Part shown: positions 13,141 through 24,244 of the stretch, one piece after another | Numbering within the stretch: position 1 is the stretch's first letter | Layout: each line of letters starts with the position of its first letter | Origin: Raillietiella orientalis | Lineage: Eukaryota | Assembly (NCBI GenBank): GCA_036172245.1 | Contig: JAYWIR010000007.1 | Coordinates: 5,022,001-5,086,000, forward strand | Reading direction: 5' to 3' | DNA: 64,000 bases | The notes under the pieces: model-generated | What the model was told of the DNA's origin: nothing | Database searches by the model: none | The model's input: the letters and a program-made list of their open reading frames with translations, nothing else | Translations under genes and position numbers: made by a program

Positions 13141-14289
13141 GACGAAAGTGAAAAAGAGGATCGTCGCCATCTTGCAGCAGCGTGGGAGAAGAGGCGCGAG
13201 CGCCGGTGTGGTGTGCATCCTCCGCTGATTTCTTTATTTGCGTTTCCTTCCGTCCCACCCACTCCTCGAACCACCTACGTTCAACAGCTGAGCTGCGGGT
13301 CGGCGCGCTCTCCCCAATGAACTTCCTTTGGTTTGTTTTCTTTTTTCCTTTTCTTTTTCCTGGGAGAGGGTTTTCCCGACTCTCAAGCGACGAACTTTTT
13401 ACGAGTTCGGTTTTTTATGCGGGAAGCATCGGGCGTAACCGGGTGGCAAAGTCGCTGCCCAGGAGCGCGACCCAGGGAACGCCTCACGGCCACGGCCGGC
13501 GCGGATTCGAGTTCGACATCGGGAAGAGCACGGTGACCAACAGGGAGAGAGGCCATCCGCTGTTGGTGGTCTGGCAAAGTGGGAACCGCGCTCCTGGATC
13601 GGCGAGGGGATCTGTTTCGGTGCGAGAGGGGTTTGAATCGGGGGGAGGGTGCGGACGGGGTCCAAGGTCGGCGGGCAACTGTCCGTGACCGAAGGAGCCT
13701 CGCTGCACGCGAGCCGAGGAAGAAGAAGTGTCCCAGGCGGGTGGCAGGAGCGCGCGTCCACGCCGGGCGACTGCATGCGGAGTTGTCGGATGCTCTTCGA
13801 TGCTTCCCGTTGATCTGCAGAAAACTCGCTGCATTCGGTAGGACCACCCTCCATCGTCACCGCGCTTTCGCGTGCGGAAGTCCGACGGTGAGGATGTTCG
13901 GATGTTCTGTGCGTTGCGCGCTTGTGGCTTGGGAGCCGCTTCATGGTTAGTCTGGACCATGAGTTTTAGCATCCTTCTCGGAGTGCGTTCAGTCCCAATG
14001 CCGGCTCCAGACGCTTTGGCGTCCTGCTGAATCTCCTGTTCTAGGGTGCCTAAGCCCTGTGTTCCCATCATCGAATCGGTAGGCGGGAATCGAGAGAGGA
14101 CAAGAGCAGATGCATCGTTCTTACATTGCGTATTTTGATTGCTGAACCGCAGAACATACAGAAAATGTATTTAGCTATTGATATGAATACAACATTTCAG
14201 AGATGAAAAACTTTTTCATCTTTGCAAAATCATCAACTAATTCTGGCACATCGATTGCATTCTTTTTTTTTTTTGGAGGCCAGTGGCGA

Positions 14290-15700
14290 CGACCCCCCGG
14301 GGGCCGATGGATGATGGTAAGGTGATCTCTGTGGGGATCCTGCAGCTCTGAGGTTGTAAATGAAAGACCTGGTTTCCTCCTCTATATGAGGTGGGCCTAA
14401 TATGGTCGTTCGACGAACGGATGCAGACGCCGGCGTCGTCCAGGAACCCGCTCCCATAGCGAGGCTGCGGGACGCTCACTGGCATCCCCCTTGTGCGTCC
14501 TCCTGAAGGATACACGGAACAGTGGAGGATCGGAACTACCTTCTGACACAACCGCAGGCGAGGGAGGGGTCCTGGACATCCCACTTCGCCCGATTCCGTT
14601 GGCAACAGAGGAACGTGACGGGGTATCCCGACGCAAACTGCCTGGCGGCAGGAATCACTTGGAACGTGAATGCGGGTGGATGACTCAAGTCTCCCGAGCA
14701 GTGGCGCCATATAAGAAAATCTACGGAACAAAGCAAGCTGCATGCCGACGGAGATCCCGTGGGATCTTCCGAGGCAGGGAGATGACGCGAACCGACTCCC
14801 TTCTCCCCTCATCCCAGTGCTGCTCTCCCTAAAGGAAGTAAAGAAGGTGGAAAGGTGGAAAATGACGTGCTGCTCTGAAGCAAAAAGGAAACTTCTGGGT
14901 ACGTGGAGACAACTCGGGAAGTGACGGACGTTACGACCGCGAATGGCTCACCCAAAGGACTTGTACGCTGGAACAAGGTGCTCGCAATCCCACCGGAGGA
15001 CGTGAAGGATTCCCAAAGTGCTGAAACAGTGGCACCCTTTCCCTCAAATGGCAAGAGTGGCGCTGCTGGTATTGAGTGGCAGGAGATGACGTTGATGGTG
15101 GGGGAATCCCGTGCAAAGCGCGCCTTCACCATTGAACACGATGAGGGGGGGGGGGGACATGGGCGCTCAGAGTGCGGCAGGTGCGGGAAGGAGACCGTTC
15201 CGCACCTGCTGTTGGACTGTGCTGCTCTCCGAACCCTTTGGAATCGTCTCGCAACGATCCCAGGAATCACGGCGGGAGACCCTAGGGACATTTTCTGGAT
15301 CTCCTTCGTACGTGCCGCACTGCGGCCAGCAGCGTTCCTCGGGATTATCTGCTACCTTCGGGGGATGGTGGGGGCCTGGAACGAAGTAATGGGCCAAAAT
15401 GGAAGGGTCTCCATCCACTGGGCGAGAATCTGTTTGAAAACCGCCATGAGATGGCCCCATTTGGCAAACATACGGAGCTGACTTGCGAGCATCCTGGAGA
15501 GGATGCAGAGGACGCATCGCAGCGAGCAGTCATCTGTTTCTCGGTTCTCTCCTCTCTCCTCCCTCACCAGAAAAACTTTCCAGTCCTCTTTTCGTTAATT
15601 TCAGTTTTTAGTTTCTCCTTCCCCTTGGCCTCCCATCCTCGGACTAGTGGACCTCGCCCATCTGGTATTTGGCAGGTTGAAAGTGTTGTTTAGCACGTGG
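14290..15700 (+). mobile_element. L1/Tx1-like ORF2 3' fragment plus 3' UTR
   Basis: CGRCGKETVPHLLLDCAALRTLW (zf-RVT-type CCHC motif) through KTAMRWPHL. Confidence 0.85.
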
Positions 15701-16846
15701 TAGAACTAATTACTCTGGCATCAAAATGCATCTTTATTATTATTGTTATCATTTATGATGAAGGCCTCAACAGAAGCGGGTGAAAAATCTGATTCATGTT
15801 CAGCGAACAGACTCTTCGCGGCATCTACTCTTTCTCTGAATAGGCAGCTGAAGCTTTCCCGCAAATCCGTGAGATGGAGAAATCTGTGTGATGCCCAATA
15901 TCTTCGAAAACTTTTTTTTTTGAAAAAAAAAACAGTTTGTCTCTACGTTCCGGGTACTATGCTAGGTGACTCCGACCTTTTTGAATCTATTCCATCCTGC
16001 CTCGAAACCGAGATTGCCTTGAGGGTGATTGTGGAACACCTGCGGATACCAAACCAGTCTCTAGGACGCCACATCTTCAAGTCACAAATCCATCCTCGTC
16101 TTTCATCGTGCGTTCTCTACATATGTGGACCCATTGCTTCTTACAGAGTCTCCACCGCCTCATCCACTGGGTTGGAGTCCCTCGGAGGTTCCCCGGACAG
16201 ACAAAATCAAACGCCCCTCCGGTCTATCACCAGAAAGGTATTCTGATGGAGTACTGAATCGTAGGTTGTAAGTCGCCTCTCTCTGAACCTCTGCAGCTAA
16301 TCCACACTATCCAGAGCGCCATAAATTGGTCCGAAGGGGGCATGTCCTTCAGTACTCTGCTAGAATCTCTTTGCCTGTCCGGATTCTTCCCGAGCGAACC
16401 GTGACTCCACAGCTGTTTTCACAAGGAAGAGCCATTGCGATGAGTCAGGGCAGAACCTGACAAAGAACTGATCTTCGCACCCTATTCTGGTCGGTGGGAG
16501 GGGAATCAAGAAAGACTATCTTTTTTCCAGTCTGCTGTCCGACCTAGATGCTAAACCTCTCTTCAGAAAGGGGGAGGCGTGTCATGCAAGTGCATTCGTT
16601 CTGGCCTACCCAGGCGAAGTCACATCGCTCGCTCAGAGCTTTCCAGAATGCGATGGACATTCTGTGAGGATCTGCATAGCTGCTTTGGACTTCAGTTCAC
16701 CAATGGTGGCAAGTAGGGAAAACTGGAAATCCCATCGCCAATGCGCACTGCGGACGTGCATTCACTTTAGCCAACATCGTGGTGGTTATTCGACCTCTCT
16801 GCGCAGACGCGTGGCTACTTTGAGCACGAGTCAAACACATACACCT

Positions 16847-19800
16847 TCAATGAGCAGATCTAGCCGTAGGGAAATTGGCAGTGGCAACACGAGACGGCAT
16901 TGATGATTTGGAGATGTGGATGGACCTCTGCCGCACGTTGAATATCGTGGGATACAAGTACAAGAAGATTCCTCCCAAGGTTATGACACCGCTCTCCTGG
17001 CTAGACGACGAGACGAATATTTCGCAGCGAGGATGGTAATCATATGGATCAATGACATTCTCCTCAATCTGGAATTTTCCTCGGATCTTGAGAAGACTGA
17101 TGGTCCCAATTACCTCAACCACGTAGTGTTTGGGGACGAACTCGATGGTTCCTTTATCTGTGGTTATTGTGATCGTGGGAGCATTCCTCGCATCGTCACA
17201 AAACGACTACTTGTCTTTAGAAAACAGAATCTATTGATCCCTCACCTACCCAAGGTTTGAACCGGAATTCCCTGGTTTCCTTCGAGTCCACCATTTCCTG
17301 AAAAACCTTGAAATACTCCCGAGAAAGGCCGAAATTCATTTGCTGGAAGTCAAAAATCGCACGGCATCTTCCTTTGCAGAGCGTGCGAGAGTTCATCTTC
17401 AGTCTGGAAAACGAGATGTCGAGCTCAGAAAAGTGACCGTGAGTGCAGGATCTCGTACTCCTTCACTGGGAACGACCACGTGGATTCTCCGGGAGGTAGT
17501 CGGAAGACCATGGCATTCGAGATCTCGTGCAAGGGACTTCCGATGACGAATTCTCCGAGATAAGCACTAACCAAAGGAATCCTGGAAAGTTGTTGCAAGG
17601 AATAACTGACAATGAACAAAGACTGCAGTCAGATCCTGTTGTCCACACATTCTCGGATCGACTCCAATAGAGGATGAAGGACGGTCATGTTGAAACGAAA
17701 GAGGAGGGAAACTTTGAATCAATGGTGAAGAGGGGGCGTGAACACTGCGCGCCAGTGTTCCGTGACAGCACACGGGCAATCGACAACAACCTTCCGCTCC
17801 TCAACTCCTGCGGGTTGTGGCCTCACGGAACAAACAAGATTCGGGTGTAGCGTCGTGCGCATGCGGTGAACACGGACTTCCATCCTTGCCTCAGTGGTAG
17901 TTGAAAACGAAGCAGTCACTGGCTTGCCCTTTATAAACGGGAAAGCCGCCTCCTGTGTCAGTCGAAAGACGTTGCTGCAACCGGAGGTTTCGGATAAGCA
18001 AAAGCGGCGCTCTGGTGGGCAGCTGACGGCGTGCTCCTGACCCCGTGCCTCGGAAGCGTGCGAAGTGCGGCGCGACTTGGGGCACAACCAGCTTTCCGCA
18101 TTTCCAGGGCACGTAGCTGGCCAAGCGGTCTGTGAGCCCAACATCCGAACTGTTGTTCGCAACGACCGCAGATGAAGAAGCAGTGCCTCGCGTAATCTGT
18201 TCCCATCTTGCGCACCGTTAGTGTGCTGCAGCTCTGTGATTGTGGAGCATTGCCGCATCTTTCTTCTCCGCTTCCACGGATGGCTGCCCAATATTCAAGG
18301 AGGACACCTGTTCCGCCCGAGCTTGGTTTCCTCAAACATACACTGGACTTTCAAAGGTGGAAGGCGAATGTCGGATGATAAAAGAGATTATGCTCGGGCA
18401 TTTCCTCGAAAAGGGAAACGGAAGACCGTTGCTCTGCCTACAGTTCATCATGTAGCCTTGTTCCAAAAAGAAGGGATCACCTGAAGGGAAATGGGTACCC
18501 GACAACCTTTGGGTTTCCAAGAAATTTGCTTTTTTCCTGAATTAAGAAACCCACCCATTGTACACTGCCTAACGAAGTTGCCTTTTTCCAGATTGCCTCG
18601 CAGACGAGCGCCCACGAGACGTTGCAGTGCATCCCAGGAGCTGTTTGGTCTCTGGAGAATGAAGAACCAGTCAGCAGCCCAACGTGCCGAGGAAGGCAGC
18701 ACACCAGGTAACGAAGAATCGACAACAAGAACACAACTTTCCCCAATTCGGCTACGTTGAGGACATGAAAGTGAACGTTGCCGTAGTGATGCTTTGAGGA
18801 TACGAAAGGCAGTCATTAATTTATCAGTCAAGAGAATGGAACGAGATACTCTTTCATTAAAGCGCGTTTCTCGGAGAACGAAGGAAACCAATGCTTTCGT
18901 GCTCGCATCTACCGGCAAGTGGGCTGACAGTTCTTGGCCTCTTCTCAGCTCCCGTACCTCGTGTGAGCCATATGTCATCCGATTTTTCGTAGTCCCCCTC
19001 TGCGAGTGAGGGATTCCTAGGTCTCCAGATCCTTCGTCACTTTCGTATGTCTGCTTGCACAGAGACCCTGGCACGCGTGCTTCTGGGGAACCTGAAACTA
19101 CTCGGTCGAAAAACATAAGATGTAGATTTCGGTGCTCCGGTGTGTTCTGATGAACGCAAGCGTTCCTCCGGCTGGTTCGTATAACCTTATTGGTGCATTT
19201 TCCGCGGGAACACGCCGACCGGTAGGATCGCCTGGACTGCTGTTCCAGAATATCAGCATGTTCGTTGAGGAATGTTGAGAGGTATTCCCAGATTGGTGAG
19301 ATGATTAGCCGCCATCGACTCTTCTTGACTGCGAGAGATTTCACGAATGAGGCGGCACCGTATGGTCGACGAAGGTGACATGCAAGACAGTGAGCAAGCA
19401 AATCCTTCCTGCATGGCGCATCCCGTGAGCAGGGAGTCTGCAACGCTTTCCACAAGTACCTCTCCGCTCAAGGGCAAAAGGCAGAAAATCTCTCAGCTGC
19501 TGCGGGTCATCTCGAGTGATTCCTGCCGTGAACTAAGACGATCGACGTGCACTGTTACTCCACTCCGGGGTTGTACGCCAGTCAGGACACGAAAGCACGC
19601 AGGAACCGGACGATCATAGCGAAGACCATTTAGGTCAACCCTTTTTCACGAGGCTTAGTTCCCTCCAAAACGGCCAAGATGATGCTACGGGATCTGCGAT
19701 ACCGAATCGCCTCGATGCTCGTTCTCGAAGGAGGCGATCTACCGTGAGGAAATGGAGCGCGGAAGTGTGCTCCCCAATCTCGTTCTTTATCCCATGAGAA

Positions 19801-22800
19801 CCTGCTGACAACCTGTTGCCCGTTTCTTCCATCACGAAGGAAAGCGCTGACGGAGATGGTGACGATCCTTGCAGAACTGCACGAAAAAGAAGAACAAAGG
19901 TTTCGGAGAAAAACGAACCGAAATTCGGACAAATCCAAGAAGAAAACGGATGGTGCGAGAGGATTTGATTCGGTGAGAGTATGAAAGGCATCACATAACC
20001 GTGCACAAGACGTCCCCTCTAGAAAGCACATTACCATTGAATATTCAAGGAGAACGTTGGAGGCATCTGCGGGTACGTGGAGACAACTTGGGAGAACCAA
20101 TTTTCCTCTTTCTGAGAACCGCTGAGTAACGAAGGTGACACTCCAAGGATTCCCTGGGAGGATGACCCCCATAAACGACTCTCATGTAGCGGAAGTAAAG
20201 CAAATTTCTGGTTGACCACAGTCAGCTCTCCGATCTGGAAATAAACAACGGCCAGTGCGATGTGCAGTCCACCCTCCTTCCGCTTCCGCAAGGCTCGAAG
20301 GATTGGCACGGCCGCAAGGCGTACCGAAGGCGCGTGGCGAAATGCGGAGCTGCTGGGAACGGCGGCCTTTGCGTACGGGGCGTGGCGCACGAGCGAAATC
20401 TGCGCGAGCGAGTGACCGCCTCGATCAGCGTTGCTCCGCAGAAGTTGGCGGATAGCTTAGTGCCGCCTGGCCACACTTCCCGACAGATCCGATGTGGCCA
20501 CCCGACCACAATTCCCGACGGATCGAACATTCCTTTCGCGGCGCGTGCAGCAGGCGCCGACAAATCGACTCCCTACGCGACTTCGTTCCCCGAGTCTATC
20601 AATCCTTATATCCCTGAGAGCGCCGCGCGTATCCCACGGGTCAAACTCACACGAAAATGATCTCTTCCCTGTTCCCGAAAGTAATCCTGTGCAGCCTTTC
20701 CAATGGTGCCGGACTTTTCCACACGTCGAAATGTGTAGGAATCTTGGTATAAGTATCTTTGAAAGAAACCTAGAAAAAGCGACACATTGGGAATACATGC
20801 ACGTGTTCCGGGAATTGAGGTTTCCTTACCTCTTTTGAAACTCATCCAAAGTGTAAAATTGTTGGACCCTCCTTCAAGTACGACTGATGACTTCATCTCC
20901 GGTATTCCGACTCTTATTTCCACTGACAGAAGCTGTGAAGAAAGAGAAAAGCTTTCGAACAGACCCTCAACATCCCAACCAACCCCAGTGTGACAGTGTT
21001 TTTTTTTTTTTTCGGAATCCAGCACCGCAGTTTCCGTTCGGGAAAAAGAGCTGATGCATTTCCATCACTGTGTATGAGCGGTTTTCTCTTGGATGCAAGC
21101 AGCGCTGAGGCTGCTTGGCTACTTTCTTATCGATGTCGTTATGAAACCTTCAACCTACGATGTTGACAGTTGAGAGAGGAAGGAGTCGATCCGCAGGTTG
21201 GCTGAGCAAATCGTGCGCGCGGGGGACACGGTCCTCGCCAGATTCCCCCCGAAATGGTGCCTCAATCCCTCTTCAGTCCTCTGAACACCTGGTAGCCGTA
21301 AGAAACATACAGCCGCAAAGTGAGCGCATTTGCTCGCTCAAACTGAAAGGAGCGTATCCGTGGAAAGCTGTATGTTGTAGTGAGCTGCAGTCAAAATGAA
21401 GACCTTGGTGTAGCGGGCATTCGAAAATGGAGGAGTCCCACGAGTGAACCCATGTGCTGCTGGGAAACAAACCCGACAGGAAGAGCGCCCTTTAGAAAAA
21501 AGGGAGTGGCAGGCTTGCGGCGCTAACGACCAGAAATGCAATGCGCTTGCTCGCATCAGTTTCAGCAGCAGGCACGTCAATTGTGTGCCGATGGAGCGAG
21601 ACAGGAGGCAGGAGACAGAGTCGGCCCTTGCCCGCTCTGAAAAAGCTTCTTGGAACTGGTGCTAAGGTTGCAGCCGAAGAGCTGGCGCTGAAAGAAACGC
21701 TCAGCTGCTCCTGGCGCTATCCGTGCCAGTCACAGTGGCATAGATGGTGAAGGCGTCCGAGTTGTTCCGTCGAGGTGGGGTCATGAGGGTGAAACCGGCT
21801 AAGTCGTCCGTGTTATCAGTGGCGCGGTTCGTGGTGGACGGCCGGACTGAATCGTCTTAGAGACCTTTCCGGCCAGGTCCTTGAAGAATCTTGAGGTTCG
21901 GTTTGGGTACATCTGCCCTACAGGTGCATGGCCGGGCTTTGTACGGTAGGCAGAGTCGGTACTCCATTGCTTCCAGGAACGCAAGTCTTCTAGTCTGCTC
22001 GGGCCACGATTGGGAACAATTTTGCGGCCAGCGTTCATCGTCGCATGGATTTCGCTGCTTCCACCATTAGTAGAGGAACAAAATGGACTGAGGTTTCTGC
22101 ACAAGAATCCGCGTGGAGCACAGAGAGGTTTATGTTCTTGCTGGAAATTTGTTCAGTGCTTCGTGTTGAGATGATGGAGTTGGCACTAATGAAGCCTCAG
22201 CTGCAATTCAAGAGATTAGCTTTGATGACCAAGAATCTCACGACGCAGTGGTGCATTTCGTTGCTACGATCCATCCTGGGTGAGAGTGGCTGCAAGTGAC
22301 TAGCAACCCTGCTTTTGCTGAGTTTTCCGGGTCTAGCTGCCCACGGCTTTCGACTTGCGAAATTGACTGCCCAGGCGAGGGCACACAAATAGTTCTCCGG
22401 CTACCCACAGACACTTACGCCTGGCGACAGGAGAGATTCGCACGAGAGGTTGTGGTCACCAGTTCAACTCTGGCATCACCTGGTGCAGCCGATTGCACTA
22501 CAACTCCGGAAGAAGTGTGCAGAGGACGGGAAGTGACCTCACACCCTTGGCGTGCCTCTGAGTCACCTTCTTAATGGCAAAGATGTCCTTCACTTTCGAG
22601 ACCGATGGCATAGCAGCCTTCAACATCTCCAATAGCCTGCCATCGGTGATGTTGGAGGTTTCTGGCAACATTCTCAAGAGTAAAAGACTGTTTGGAGGCT
22701 CGCATACAGGATAGTTGGCTAGTGCTGCAATAATCATGACCTCTTCCAAACGACTTGTACGGTGGGATAACCTGTTTGGTATCCCTACGGAAGAACGAGA

Positions 22801-24244
22801 AGTACTTCCGGTTGCGAAGAAGTCGTGTCTCTTCCTGTTATTGTAACATGGGACATTCCCGTGCTACACGTCGCGGCACTACTGCACGAGAGGGACGCCC
22901 GTGTCCACTGCTCCACGTGTTAAAAGAGAAAGATCCTTCCCTATTTGTTCTTTAAATCTGCTGTTCTTCGGTCATTCTAAGATCATATTCCTACATCCCC
23001 TTTTACTCCGGTGAGAAACCCACCCAAGGCTGTAAGGAAATCTTTGTGCAGAGATCCGATCGCCAACTTCTCGTAATTGCTGCTCTGCGCTGTTCAAGGG
23101 AGCAGAAGCAGAAGACCCAACGAGGCAGGTTGTGTTCTTTTCGTTCCTTCGCTTATTTTTTGTTATATCTCGAAACATCCGTTTTTTTCCTTTCTCTTTT
23201 CCCTTCTTCCCACTGTGTCCCATAGAGGTGCTTCAAACCTCGCTCGTGGTTCCTTTTCATCGTTGGACTCTGTGGAACTACGGACTTCCGAAAGCTCAAT
23301 TTGCGGCAAGCACCCTACCACAGTTGTACCACGCAAGCAATTCAACACCAGCGCATCAGCAGACAGGATGGTCGAACGCGTACTCACGCGATTCTCATGT
23401 AGAAGACGTGCTGACGATATGAGCGGTCTCCCGCTCGGCCCTGCCACTGGTCCACTGCCATCTGCTGTTCGGCTGGAACCGGAATGGCCGGGATGCTCCA
23501 ATGAAGCCGTCTCGCGCGCAGCATTCTTCCCGCACTTTTCGGAGATGCTGGTGGTTCTAAGATGACCACAAAAATGGGAGGAATTCGGTGAATCTCCCTT
23601 CGCGAACGCTTCAACCGCCATATGGCATGTTTTCCGGGACAGTTTTCGGAATGAACCTATAGGAACTAGTTTGCAACTGATTGCGCATGCGCCTGCAGCT
23701 CTTTTTCTTCACTAGGGGAGACAGGAGGAACGTCTGATTTGAGTTAAGGGGAGCGGGATACTTTGAGGAGATTTTCGTACGGAGGACGGAGCAGTGCTGG
23801 GAAGGAACACGAGGATGGGAGCAGAAGTGGCGAACGACCATTTTCGGGAAAGCAGCAGAGCACGCGAGAAGGCGGCAGAGAGGGTGTTGGCTTTCCTTGT
23901 ACTTCCGAGCGTGGGCATTCTACCTGCGAAGGTGTCGGGGAGAGGGTCAATGTAATCGGCGAATGGCACGGAGATGGCATGGAGAAGCCGGAAGCCTCAT
24001 ATCTGGACGCGTTCAGCCGAGTCCCGGCTGTGAAGCAGCGAGAAATCAGTGGTGACGAACTTCACGCCGTGCACTCTAGCAACGAGCATGGCAGTAAGAA
24101 GATGAGCTTTGCCTACGCGAAAGCATACGAGCGCGTCTTCCGCGAAACTTCGTTCTTGCAGCAACCACAGCTTTACCTGTTTCTTGCTCCGTGGTTCGAC
24201 GAGGTGCGTACCAGCAGCAGTAGTGCGAAGACAAACAACTTCAT
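16847..24244 (-). CDS. Pepsin-fold (A1 family) aspartic peptidase homologue, copy A, probably catalytically inactive. Model: complement(join(16847..17068,17114..17206,17250..17403,17459..17581,20035..20234,20651..20769,20830..20932,23924..24002,24177..24244)), 386 aa
   Basis: All introns are GT-AG, phases are compatible, and there is no internal stop (1161 nt). Pepsin-like blocks occur in the right order: VEIRVGIPEMKSSVVLEGGSNNFTLWMS; RYLYQDSYTF; GRDHFRIGELTVVNQKFALL; SQGILGVS; PTFSLNI; GEFVIG; TWSFPVKELKMNSRTLCKGRCRAIFDFQ; FCDDARNAPTITI..FVPKHYV; CEIF..ITLGGIFLYLYPTIFNVRQRSIHIS. Exons 1-2 (signal-peptide-like MKLFVFALLLLVRTSS) are less certain than exons 3-9. Confidence 0.85.
17850..19490. 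mobile_element. TE debris in intron 5 of copy A (Penelope-like piece on +, L1-like RT C-terminal piece on -), absent from copy B
   Basis: Intron 5 is 2453 nt in copy A and 889 nt in copy B. TGLPFING resembles Penelope LPYVxG; the minus-strand 335-codon frame resembles decayed ORF2. Confidence 0.5.

Noticed and set aside
14201..14221. Perfect palindrome agatgaaaaa-c-tttttcatct (also in unit 2)
   Set aside because: Short and AT-rich, with no supporting context.
18448..19455. 335-aa ORF as a host gene (likewise 43393-44280, 54743-55540, 63116-63958)
   Set aside because: These are decayed TE frames or GC-rich shadow ORFs with no coherent domain.
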